Shown here piece after piece: positions 23,501 to 35,500 of a stretch of DNA of 64,000 bases (position 1 is its first letter; each line of letters starts with the position of its first letter). This stretch comes from Owenia fusiformis (lineage: Eukaryota): positions 40,052,001 through 40,116,000 of the forward strand of contig CAIIXF020000001.1 of the NCBI GenBank assembly GCA_903813345.2, in the 5' to 3' direction. A program made the translations under genes and the position numbers. The notes below the pieces were generated by a model. The model did no database searches and was not told where the DNA came from. It saw nothing but the letters and a program-made list of their open reading frames with translations.

Positions 23501-24273
23501 CTATATCTCTTGGAATAGTCGTGTTCAGCTACACATCCCAAATCTTCTTGCCTTCTTTGGAGGGAAATCTAGTGAACAGAAGTAAATTTAATTGTATGAT
23601 GCACTGGACACACATAGCAGCTGCTGCGTTCAAGGCTTTGTTCTCTTGGATCGGCTTTCTTACATTTGGATTTGACACACAAGAAGTGATTACCAATAAC
23701 CTTCCTACACAGACATTCAAGGCGATAGTGAATCTTATTTTGGTGATAAAGGCATTGTTATCTTACCCACTACCATATTACGCTGCCGTTGAGTTATTAG
23801 AGCAAGCATTCTTTAGAGGGAAACCAGAGACAAGGCTTCCGTCGTGCTTCTCCGGGGACAACTCGTTGAAATTCTGGGCAATTATCTTAAGACTAATGCT
23901 AGTTGGATTGACAACGCTATTCGCGATTGTTATCCCTCATTTTTCCATATTGATGGGGCTGATCGGGAGCTTTACTGGTTGCATGTTATCGTTCGTCTGG
24001 CCGTGCATGTTCCACTTAAAACTCAGGCGACAAAAGATGAGCCGCCTTGCCATTATCGGAGACGTCATTATTATACTCCTCGGTGTCATATTTGGTCTTG
24101 TTGGCATGTACTACTCCGGAGCAGCACTAATAAGGGCGTTCCAAGGAGAATCGGTGAGGCCATTTCAAGGACATTTGGCCCTGAACGTCACAAATCGTGG
24201 ACCAACTGATTTCGGCCAACAACCAGATGTTCTTGTAAAACCTAAGCTGGAAAGTGCTATTGTAGAACATTAA
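14574..24273 (+). CDS. SLC32A1: Vesicular inhibitory amino acid (GABA/glycine) transporter VIAAT/VGAT/UNC-47 (~533 aa)
   Basis: Exon 14574-14882 ending ITEWQAGYNVTNAIQ|GTTAGT, phase-0 join to tttag|GGC ATG at 22981-24273. Hallmark motifs NAIQGMF, ELLMTCILY, FSYTSQIFLPSLEG, QEVITNNLP, KALLSYPLPYYAAVE; many TM helices. Confidence 0.95.
14959..15096. mobile_element. Small hairpin MITE
   Basis: CTACGGCGGCAGTACGGCGGCCGTAG ... CTACGGCCGCCGTGTACGGCTACCGTAG: imperfect GC-rich inverted ends in AT-rich context. Confidence 0.55.
15254..16110. mobile_element. Near-perfect 857-bp foldback element
   Basis: CACCCTTGGTATACGCAGC...GCTGCGTATACCAAGGGTG; ~390-bp arms; centre holds a 37-bp tandem duplication; 5-bp direct flanks AATAA. 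Confidence 0.9.
16273..16920. repeat. Two degenerate direct copies of a TE-like fragment
   Basis: Both begin TCATAARCAGTCTTYAATACGT and end GTTTGGTGTGATAG (about 16273-16534 and 16554-16917). Confidence 0.55.
17196..17530. mobile_element. Palindromic MITE (~125-bp near-perfect arms)
   Basis: ATTGGTAATCCAGCGTAGTTTTAAGAATCG... mirrored by ...CGATTCTTAAAACTACGCTGGATTACCAAT. Confidence 0.85.
17989..18169. mobile_element. Palindromic MITE
   Basis: Hairpin centred on GAGGGCGATAGCCCGAG with AATATGATATT/AATATCATATT subrepeats. Confidence 0.7.
18352..18447. repeat. Short tandem repeat (CTGATACGGGAT-based)
   Basis: About 7 copies of the ATACGGGAT core. Confidence 0.85.
19595..19674 (+). mobile_element. 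80-bp TACCCT...AGGGTA mini-element
   Basis: Perfect 9-bp TSD AACCAAAAT (19586-19594, 19675-19683); homologous to the copies at 46282 and 6772. Confidence 0.85.
20078..20176 (-). tRNA. Elongator tRNA-Met(CAT) with 26-nt intron
   Basis: Exons identical to array 1; intron ATCACAAGGGCCATAATGCAAGAGCG; T5 downstream. Confidence 0.92.
20363..20461 (-). tRNA. tRNA-Met(CAT) with 26-nt intron, D-stem/A-box substitution (G10A)
   Basis: Full length; GGTAACGC instead of GGTAGCGC. Confidence 0.7.
20572..20669 (-). pseudogene. tRNA-Met-derived copy with TAT anticodon and a 1-nt acceptor-stem deletion
   Basis: + strand attataagac (others attatgagac) and tgccccagtgagg (others tgccccgagtgagg). Confidence 0.75.
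20777..20875 (-). tRNA. Elongator tRNA-Met(CAT) with 26-nt intron
   Basis: Intact exons; intron ends AAGGGCG. Confidence 0.92.
20985..21083 (-). tRNA. tRNA-Met(CAT) with 26-nt intron, T-stem mismatch
   Basis: GTTAG instead of GTGAG in the T stem; otherwise intact. Confidence 0.7.
21194..21292 (-). tRNA. Elongator tRNA-Met(CAT) with 26-nt intron
   Basis: Intact exons; 5' flank unrelated to the other copies. Confidence 0.9.
21367..22288 (+). mobile_element. Degenerate Tc1/mariner element
   Basis: TA-CAGGGCGTATCAAAAAAA left end; ATTTCATTCAATGTACTATAAAGCCA mirrored at ~22212; remnant CDFFFWSYLR (21634-21663) resembles the PCDFFLWGYLK motif of Tc1/mariner transposases. Confidence 0.7.
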
Positions 24274-25830
24274 AAACTAAATTAAAACCCAACATACGCC
24301 AATGCCACATGCCTCATGATATGCCATCGAGTCCGAAACGTGCCCCTTCAAGTCCAAATGTGCCACTTCGAGCCCCAGTCACAGTTTAGAGAAGGCTTTT
24401 AACCGCCGCCATTTTGATCAAGCAATGCCTGAAACGTCACATAATCAAAAGTTCCATGATGCCCCATCGGTAGGGGCTTGGTGGGAAAAGTCTCATTGAG
24501 CCATTGGTCCCTCCGTGCAACATTAGTGTACGATGGCTTTAAAAGAGCATGCAGTGTCTGTTATTCTGAGCTTTTCATAACACTAACCGATATTAAATAG
24601 TTAATGGGAGGATTTGTAACTTGCACAATTAAAGACTTGCAAAAGTCTGAAAAATTGCATCTGCATCAGATGTGCTTGAAAAGACAGTCTCTTAATATCC
24701 CCTGTATGTACAATATGGGTTAGGGATCAACAACTTAAATTGAAAGCAGTTCAATATTTGATCTTGGTTGTGAAGTTTATTCACGATGACTTGATATCCC
24801 CAATTGTTAATCCAAATATTGATAATGTTATAATTTGAGGAAATGTGATATATCACCCTATTAGTTAATATGGCAGTGATACATCTTCATTATTTTGTTA
24901 GACTGGTAATATACCCTATTGTGCCAAGGCTGATCGGAGTCATCACGTCTTTCTCTTGTATTGTGCAAACATTGTAACTTATTATACAGTATATTTTGAA
25001 ATTATAACGAATTCAATTAAATGAAAAAATGAACACCATTATGTAACCTAATTCTTATTGATAACAGCAGCAGTCTGAGAAATGTCTGCCAGAATTTCAC
25101 TCCTCCTTGCGACTAGTCTATGAGGGTTTTCCTCACTTGTTTGCGTATTCCATAGGTACTGTATATGTATACAATTAAAGTTAGTAATTTCATATGTCTG
25201 TGTTGCTAAATGTAAAATCAATCCAAATCTATATTGATGTTTTCAAAATATCTGTGAAATATGTTGTATAGACCATAAGCCAAGTATCCAGTAACCATTG
25301 TTTATATATGTATATAATAAATAAATAATACCCTCTTTAGAAAATATCCTCTTACGTGAATTGTTTCATTAATCGTACACACGCTCGGAGTAGATAGGTA
25401 TCTGTGGGAGTGTGCCAGATACAGTAACACAATTGAGCAAAGTATCTGATTGTTCCGTAAAAATGTAAACAGATTTATATAATTATATATAAAACCAATC
25501 AATGATAAATCGAGTGGTATTGTGATAAGCTTCGCTTATATCTAACCGTGTTTATCATTGTTGCAGTCACATTTCTTATTGAAGAACAGTTAAAGACAGC
25601 CAGAGTTTGAAAATATTACTTGACCATCTAAATATGATTTATCCTGACTAAAAAAGTTTAATTAGAAATTTTCTGAAAAATTACTTTCGAAAAAACTTAT
25701 TTGTATTTTGATTTTTGAATATTTAAATTTCCCGCCATTTTAGCAGCAAAAGATTAAATTTATTGATCATTAAATACAACACTTTGACACATATAGATCA
25801 AGTAAAAGTTGCGCAACAATTAAACAATTA

Positions 25831-26201
25831 AAAGGACGATTCTCGGTTTGGAGAACGAATTTCATCAATCTAAATGAGCATTATCCCTGCTTCGGACATA
25901 GATTTGATGTCTTCTTTTGAATAGTCATAATTTAATTTGGGTAATATTTCTAGAATTTTCGCAAAAAAATATTAGCGCAGTACACTGATGAACTTTTTTC
26001 CCCAAATCGAGGCTTGTATTTTATTGAATCGGTCAAATTGAGCGTTATCCCTGCTTCAGACCAATTTGTTATTTTTACATCTTGTAGATTTAAATGTCCT
26101 CTTTTGAATATTCATAGTTTAATTTGGGTAATATTTCTATATTTTTCATGAAAAAAATTATTAGGCCAGGAGACTGTTTTCCAAACCGAGAATCGTCCTT
26201 T
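25831..26201. mobile_element. MITE with 22-bp TIRs (possibly Kolobok/piggyBac-type TTAA context)
   Basis: AAAGGACGATTCTCGGTTTGGA ... TCCAAACCGAGAATCGTCCTTT; internal direct duplication. Confidence 0.75.
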
Positions 26202-26275
26202 ATAATGTTATCAGGTTAATATTTTCAAAAATTGAAAAAAAGAATTGGCATACCCAAATGTGTACAAAAAAAGCT

Positions 26276-26311
26276 TGCCCCGAGTGAGGATCGAACTCAC
26301 GACCTTCAGAT
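26276..26311 (-). pseudogene. Orphan, perfectly conserved 3' exon of tRNA-Met with T7 terminator
   Basis: 36/36 match to the arrayed 3' exon, preceded by intron-end-like AGAGCA and followed by AGC-T7; no 5' exon found. Confidence 0.8.
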
Positions 26312-26322
26312 TGCTCTAACTG

Positions 26323-26515
26323 CAGTTAGTGTCATTCAAGATGGTTGTCGAAATTCTTTCGTTTTCGACAAACCTCCGATTTCAGCTAAACTAAGCTGAA
26401 TCTTGATTCCAAAAGTTTCGCCATCGGCGATGATCGTAAAAACACAAATAAATGCTCAAACACCGGCAATATTATAGAGAATTGAATACGGCTTCACTAA
26501 GAATGACTCTAACTG
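26323..26515. mobile_element. Possible MITE next to the orphan tRNA half
   Basis: CAGTTAGTGTCATTC / GAATGACTCTAACTG inverted termini (14/15). Confidence 0.5.
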
Positions 26516-29510
26516 AGGTTGATGATGACAACTAGTTAGAGTATATCCAGCTGTGGTACAGTGATTATGATAAACCATAACATCTCATTTCTTCCCAGCC
26601 CTGAGAAGGTGAAACAGAAAGATGTTATGATCGGTATGGGCTTAGACAGTTATCTAGTGGATCTTTTTCTCTCTATGATGAGTCGCCAAATCAATCGCTG
26701 GGGAAATAAATGCACCTGCAATAGCTCGTGTTTGTGTATGATCAACTAGTCATAATTCAATGATGAAATACTTTCAGTGCTGGCATAGAGATATATAATG
26801 ACACATTATTATAATGTCTGACATAATTTGTTATGTCTCTACCTGGCTAAAACGAAAGAAAAATAAAAATTCCAGAAGATGAAATCATTTATTAAATTAG
26901 AATAATTGAATACCATCGCATTATTCGTTCATTGGCGTGATACGATTCTCTCAAAGAAATAGGTCCACACGCCGTAGGTCAATAAATTCGACGCCCTATT
27001 AACTTGGTTAATAGCCATATGATCTTGTGCAAACTTACTAAGGAAATGACTAATTTAGAGTAATTAACTTAAAAGAAGATGATTCTTTGGGTTTTATTAA
27101 ATATGTTCGACATTTAGTGTTATTTATAGCGGAGGAATATTGCGCAGAACAAATATATTTGCGTTTAATCTACAATAATTGAAATTGATTCGAAGATCAT
27201 TTTCTTTCAGTCTTACGTTTGATATAAAAATCAATGCGAATCGTTTTATTGAATTTCACCATCATACATGACCCCGCAGAACTAAATCTCAATAACCTTA
27301 TTCAAACATAACAAAAACAAACCTGTAAAGTACATTATTTTTAAATCACAATTTATTGGTTTTGTTTGGTACATGTATAATGTAGTCTGCATGTATACGT
27401 GGTTTACATTTAATTACTGTTTAAATTCACAATGTGCTACGTATAAATGTTATTAATATAAAAATCATTCTGATTCTCGTCACATATTTTGTTTCACTTA
27501 ATAGGAACTGAGAAGAAATAAAATGCAATGGTTTATCACTGAGGATGACTTAAAATGCTTAAAACAATTTCAGTGTTATTGTGCAATAAGGTCTTTATCG
27601 AAAACTGATCTGCGTTTCATAAATACATTGGCAACATACATGGCCGCATTCCGATTGGATTTTGGCGATCTTCGTGCAATGTCATGAAGCAAGGCAGTTT
27701 TTCTCAGTGACAGTGGCTTCATTGGAATTGACACATAAATTTATTTGCAATATGTTGATGAGTAGCTTAAATTCATTGATGGAAATTCGATCGTAAATTA
27801 AATTCATAAGATCGTTCTCAAAATTAGCACGCCGAACCCGTGGGGATTATTACTAACTTTGGTCACATAGTTTACAGCACTGCCATCTTTGAATGATAAC
27901 CTTCACTGTAATAAATTATAGGTTTTGAGCCAGTGATGGCAAATATGGCAGCAGCTTAAAGTCAGTGATCCTATTAATATTTTCTCTAAATATTTGACCC
28001 TTCCACTTTGTACAGTATCCACTGAATCAAGCACAAAAAAGAAATGTCCCCTCCCTTTAACTACTACCCCCTCTATCATGGACTTGTATTGATTCAAAGA
28101 TAGTGTTATAAAATGAGTATCCATTGAAATCATGTTCTAATTGTATTGCGAATTTAAGTCGAATGTGGTAAAAAAGATGGCACTCTTCAAACAAAAAACT
28201 ATTACATAGATCATAAAGTTACACATGCGTCACAGCTTAAATAAATGGTCAAATAACCATTTATTAATTGATGCAATAAGGATCAGAATTGAAACGTTCA
28301 CCCTGTTTCCCATGCAGTTTGGGCATTTGGAATAGTGCATTGTCTCTGTCACTGACTGAGAAATGTTATAAGGTCTGCCACGACGGAGTACTTTGTGAAT
28401 TTCTAAAATATGAAATAACCAAAGCTCATATAAAACAGAGTTTTGATCAGCTTCGGTATTGTCGAGTCAACCCTGCACGTTGCATAAAATGTGTGGTAGA
28501 ACAATTACATTTTCATAAAATTTCGAAAATGATTGAAGTAATCATATGAAACAACAAGTGACGATGTAAAATATGGACATGGGACGTTGAACAGTTTTTT
28601 CTGAACGTAACATTTTAAAGTGGTACTGGACTGGCATACCCCAAAGCCCCCCGCCCCTCTCCCAAAAGGCTTTTCCTCTTAATCAATTAATAATAATTAT
28701 TTGAAAGATCATCTTAGGTAAACATTGATAAAAACAACAAATCTGTATGGTAATGTTCTCTTTATTTTATCTGAACTACATTTCAGCCTTTTCAGTATTA
28801 TTTACACAGCATCAACACGTATGGTGCTATCATCTCCATCGATGATCTTATATTTTTAAATATATTATAATTACATATTTATGCTACATTTACTTACATA
28901 CTATGATACAAAATTTACAAAATGGTCTACGTATGCAAAACGTATATCCGAGTCTCTTAAATACTGTGTGTCCATGTTTAATAATCTCAACAGCCTCCAT
29001 CAACGAGGCTGTTGTCTTTAAATGGCTGAAGAATTCAATCAGAATCAACGTCTTGGAATATGAGTTCAAATAAACCAATGTATCAGTAATTTCAGTATTT
29101 GTAATCTCAATAAAATCATCACTAATCTCAATATAAATCACAATACCCAAACTGATGTATCAGATTTCCATATTATGCTTTCATAGTTGATCAAAAGGAA
29201 TATAGAAGTAAAATGTAATAAAACATATATTGTTTTTGTTTTAAGAAGGCAAATATTCCAAAATGAAAATATTAGATTCTGTGATGAGAATATATCTCGG
29301 GCAAATTCATTGTATAGCCTTGAATAACTGTCCTTTACACTAACCATAACATGATCTTCATATCCATGCCATGGCCATCCATGAAATACGAAGAATATAG
29401 TTACATTCCCACAGAACACGATAGACTATGGCAACATCATCTGTTGTCTCACATGAAGCCCCCACTACGGGGTAGGGGCACTGACTACATTTGTTCATTA
29501 TAAAACTCTG

Positions 29511-32500
29511 TTAAACTATGTTGTCAATGATCAATGCACTGATTCTATTGGTTTTAATATCAGGAACGCTTATTGCCTTGGGAACGTTTTTATTCCGATG
29601 TCTACTTTTACGTCTATCTTGTTTGTCCTTCTTCCTTTCTTCACGACGTTCTTTTCGTCTCTCGTCTCTCCGTTCTTCTTTTTCTTTTTGAGTCAATTCC
29701 TCGCGACTCTTGCCTTTGTCTTTCTTTTTGCCCTTGTTCCTCTTTCGTTTATGATTTTTACGTCTATTTTTCTTTCTGTCTTTGGTTTTATGTCTAATTC
29801 GGGGAACGTCTGAATTATTAGTGATAAGATCTGAAATATATTTTGAATGAAATAAGTACTTTGATTTTCTTTAGAAGAAACCCAAGGAATGACTTAAGTG
29901 GTTATAGTCCCTGATGTAGAGACGAATGGGACTTAAGGATGGATCATCTAGTTCATTATAGCTCACGATGATCGCCGTTTTATACTACACATATTTTACT
30001 CTGCCCACCTACTCTTTGCAGTAGGCGACACCATGCCCAACGAAAACGAAGAAGAAATAAAAGTCATAGTTGAATCAGAGACATATAATAACAAATAAAT
30101 AAATGTCTCTGGTTGAAATAGTGCTTTATAGCACAAAGCACGGTTACATAGAACGAAACTTTGTCAAGATAATACCCCGGGGATAATACTAAACACCCAA
30201 GGAAACTGGTTTAATATCCTACAGCAGCACAACTTACCAACACAAGTGCGCATGAGCATTCTGCATCTCATACTCTCAATCCTCGGCTGACAACTCTGTC
30301 CGCCAGGGGAAGGAAGCTGTAATATTTCTCTCGCCCTTGTCTGCGTGCCGTATTTGTAGCCACAGATCTGTCCCTTCTTCGTACAGAACCCCCAGTCTGT
30401 CCATGGACCAACTGCGCAATCAACTGAAAAATAATATTTGAGTTAATTAATTTTCTTGTTTCAATACGTAGTGACGTACTTAGCCATTTCCAAATTGTAA
30501 CAGAACAGGTAATAAAAACAATGTGGTTTCTATGGTATTTTACAAACAATAGAGGATAACGCCAAAATTTTATTTATCTTTCCTTTGAATTTCTATCAGT
30601 GAAATAGCCTGTGAGCAAAAATGCTCGTTAGCTCGTTTTGTTGATGCGTTGCTATGGCTTATGGTACGTTTCTATGGCAACAAGAAATTGACACTCGGCA
30701 GGTGTTGGTAAACATTTGTTTTCTCCCAGGTATATGTACGTTACAACCAGATGGCCCACAGACAAGGTGAACTTGAGCACCCCTGTATACACATTACACA
30801 CCTTGCCAATGAAATACCTGCACAGAGAAACATGATGAAGTGACGGAACTTGTACTTACAGACACATGATACGAAGCACCAGGTACCCGGAACATATATG
30901 GTTACATACAGCCCTAATATATAGTTTCTTTGGTTAAATTGAACTTATGATTATGAATCACCGAAAGTAGAACTTCGTACCTATTGGCTTGCATTCCTTT
31001 TCGTACGTTGCATAATGTAGGCCGACTGGACACTCCGCTAAACATCGACCTTTGTATGATATAAAAGGGGGTTTGCATCTGGTACAATAACTCTTACTGA
31101 AGCACGTATCACAATTTTCAATTCGACACTCTGAAAGAAAAAGCAACGAGGTCTTGTTATGGTTGTTGATCGAATGATGAAATAAACAACCTGCACCTTT
31201 AAGCTCTTTAACAACAAAATCAAAAATTAATGGCTTTAATGAATATAAAACGTTTTATCCTCTTTTGCGATAATAATTTAAAAGACAATCGAGCGTTCTC
31301 TGAACAGACGTCGATGTATTACTTTGGTGACTTTACTCACTATAGCATTTACTAAGATCTCTTCTTCGCACTCCGAAGTAGCCAGCAGGACAACTGTGTG
31401 TACAGATGCCCGTTTGTCTGATGCCCGAGCGATGCAGGTACATGAAGAATCGGGGCCTGCATGTCACGCATCCATTCATAGCTGAGCAGCTGGCACAACC
31501 CCGGGGACATATCGGGTAGACACCTATCACAGCTGAAAAATTGATCAAAATTATTTATTTGAAAAAAGCAATAAATTCAATAAATATTACTATTAAATTA
31601 TAAAATGCACTTAGTAAACTATAATAATATTAAGCAAAAATCGATTCGTTTTGTTTGTTTTAATGTATGATAATAGTTCTTGATATTTTTGGTTGATCTG
31701 TCAAATATCTGTCAATCAGAAGTTGAATGACGAGACGGGTTGTTTAATTGAGTATTCATTGGTCGGTTGATTGATTCTTATTACAGATGAAAATAATTGT
31801 CTATTGATTAATTGATTATTCATTGATTTATTCGATTGTTTTGTTTTGTTTTATTTGTTACCATGACTGTTCAATTGATTGTTCTTTGATTGATTAATGC
31901 TTAATCATCGATTGAATTACATGACTTATTTGACATGTTAGCACCTTGCTGTTTCTACCTCTGATTAATGCCCCCCTACCCAAATCCGAAATACACTTGT
32001 TTGTAAACAACTCAAGCACAATAGGTGTGTTTATGGACAATATTTGGTCTTACATTAAGTTAAGTTTCATACAATACGTTTCAATAACAATGATGGAAAT
32101 CTTCACACGTTAGTTTTATAAATTTACAGATAAATCCCAACTACCGGATTTTTAAATGTGTCAAGGAAGGAGTATTTCACTCTGTCGAGGTCGTGCCAAA
32201 GTTGAATGAAACCATCAGAGATGATGGTACGATTTTAGGGAAATAAAATAGCACTGAACGAAGTGATTTATGTGATGAACATGATAGATGAAACATCGGA
32301 CGGTGTTCTCAACCAACTCCTGACCCTGAAGATACAATTCACTAATCTATTTTGAAAGATAATAGATCCTGGGCATACATTCTTTGCCATGTTATTGTGT
32401 TTCGATTCTGACTTAGTGATATCAAAACGGGACATACCAATGTGATTAATCTATTTCAATGGCGATGTATCAAAATACAGCTAGGAATAATAGCAACATA

Positions 32501-35500
32501 GGGTGCAAAAGCTTGTAGATGTTTGCACACAAATGCGAAGTGATACGTTTTATATTCTTAAATCATCGATAAAATGTCCGGTTAATGCCCAGAGTAGAAG
32601 TGATATAACATAATATAATCAAATTATTTCTTATGCAATCTCAAGCCTCCTTTCGCCTACTTTTGTCAACTTCTTATACTCTTTGGCTCCGTTAAGGTAC
32701 TTTAGACCCTCAATTCAGGATATTACTTGTGTATACCACCAGTTTCAAGCATCTTCTTACTGCGTGGTTAGTTTCCTCTGATTATAGCTGTTATTGTTTG
32801 GAATTTATCAATGAAAAAGCACCGCAAAAATCGTCAGTTTAGACGTCAATGCAATCTTCTTGAGCTAATCTTAGGGATCAGGACGAACACCGATCAGAAA
32901 GGAAAATATTTTTATTTGGACATTAGTTTACTGTTGGGGTTATTGAAGTTGTAATTTGCATCAGAAGTGAACTGTGATCGACAAATCTTGTGCTAAATAG
33001 ACAGATTTATGAGAGGCAGGGGTTTCACCCTATATCTCTGGAACTAATGTGATCAGGCAAAAGGTACTGGAATTAAACATGCTGATCGTTTGATCTTTCC
33101 ATTGTTATATAGAGTTGGGCAACATATTGTTCCATGTCGAATTTATGTTTTGCACATTCTGAAGTGAATTGTATAACCCCTACACTTAATAACAATTATA
33201 TTTGATAAGTAGCTGTTCAGAAACGTTGTACGGTATTCTAAGCTGGTACAAACCCGACGGATTTGATGTTCTTTTCTTGCATCGTCACCTTCATTTATGT
33301 CGGTTTGCAGAGGGCTGTAATTCAGAGCATTTCGGGGGAAATTTTAACAATAGAAAGTACGCATGTGTGATATATAGTATTCAAAAGTGATAACACGTGC
33401 CTGAGAGTATAAATGTTTAGGGAAGTTAAAGAACTGAAAATGTATTCATAAGAAGTTGCAAGAAACTCGATAACTTAAAATTGCAATATCAAGAATGTAA
33501 TCGAATTTTTATTTTGTTATACGTTTTATTCTGCTTTATTCGACATTTCATCGTTGCTATTTATACTTGAATGTGGGATTTGATGTTTTATTGTAACCAT
33601 GACCTGTAAGTTGAAATGTGAAAATGAAAACCAGATGAGAACCCTTTTCCAGTTGACATTATCAACATTCATAGATTTTATTATATCCGCAAATTCGAGT
33701 CCATTCCTCTAGCATGGGAAGGTGACATCAATTCATCTTGAGTGTTTGGCATATCATAGTACTATGTAGCATATCGATCAAATGCATGTCTCAGTCATTA
33801 ACGCTCCTTGCAACAACAAGGAGATATTCGAAGATACCCTTATTTTCGTGGAATACGTGACTAACTTGGGACATGGGACTTTAAATCTATAGCAAAAGAC
33901 AGATTCGTTTTGGATCAAAATGGAGATCTAAGTCTAAGGTAGAATTGATAGAGAGAAACCTTTCTAAAATTGAGTCGAATTCTTTCTGAATATCCTTTTC
34001 TCTCATATAATTTCTAAATATTCCCAAAGGACATACCATATTGACGATATTTCAGTTTTAACATGATTTAGAATTTCAGAATTTTCACTAACGTATCTAA
34101 TCCACATCGAGCTGTGTTTTGCATCGGTAGCAATGTTATTGTGTCCGTCATCAAAGCGTTCTATTAGTGTGTAGTTGTGAGACTACCTCTGACAGCTGCT
34201 CACTTCCTACCTGTTCAACAAGCACACTTTGAGAGATGCGAAGATAAACAAGTAGTTAAGAAAACGGTGCTACGGACTCGGATACCATAAACTATACAAA
34301 AATCACGATTTCCTTGTATATAACAGGTTATACGAAAGGAATTTCAACAAGTTTAAATATAATGGATTTGGTTTCATCTCTGGTTGAGGCTGTTTTCCTT
34401 TAGGAAGCTATTTCAACCTTCTTGTCGTACCAAATGATAGTTTAAATGTACGATGTTAATGTTTTAGAACCTCAAGACTTTTCGAACATCCCAATGGCTA
34501 CGAATTTCATCATAATTATTAGTCTGAGGCCCTTATTTGATCAATAAAATTAAATACAGTAAAAAATTGCATATGTATCGTGAACTGATTTTGGAGATGG
34601 TTTTCGCTCATGGTTACCTCTGTATTCTGGTATCGATCAGGATGACATCAAAGGTTTCCAATTGCTTCAACACCATTTGATATCGGCGATAAACCTAACA
34701 GTTCCACAGACGTTTTTACTCAACTTTGACAATCAAAGTGCAAAAGTCTTAGAGATGAACTCCCAGAGAGAGAGACTTAGTAGTACTTTTTCTTTTAAAT
34801 AGTCGTTATCATGATATACCTGGCTCGCGTGTCTATTTATTCTGTTTTGTTTTTTATACCCAAAATGCCCAACGGCAAGCCACACAGCCCTCTGACTATT
34901 ATTGATGATTTTATAAACTATAAATAGATCTCAACCGTAGTTTTTATCGGAGATGGAGTGGAGACTATTAGCTGTATAGGCTACTAATAGGTAGAACATT
35001 AAGTAAAGTGATTTGATAATTTTTGTATATTCTGATTGGATATATGTAATACAGGTAACATAATTATATTTCAAAAGAGTTTGGTATTTGTTATCTCACG
35101 TCTTTTTGTACTGTTGCCCCTGTGGATGGTTGTTCTCTTTCAAGTTCTTTTTAGAGAAATTGAGTGTTGCACCTTATTACAAGATCAAAGAACATTGTTA
35201 CATTTGAGCCAAGCTAATGCACTCATCATAAAGAGGGACGGGCCAAACATCTTTGCACAACTTAACTTTTCCACCCTAGAACGTCAATGTTTCAAGAAAT
35301 AACTGGATCCATAATTTTTGTTTTTCACTCCTACTAATCAGATCAAATGCTTTTTTCCAAATAACAGCGACTCAAAATTCACTTCAACAACTTCCAGACA
35401 AGAATACGCGAAATATCGTTCCTCTGATATCTATGCGAGGCTCAAAATATTTTTCTGAAAAGTGTAAGAATATCAAGTGAATGGTCCCTAACTCGTCTGT

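Noticed and set aside
29573..29813. Hydrophobic F/L/S-rich plus-strand ORFs
   Set aside because: Antisense shadow of the K/R/E-rich Rspo last exon.
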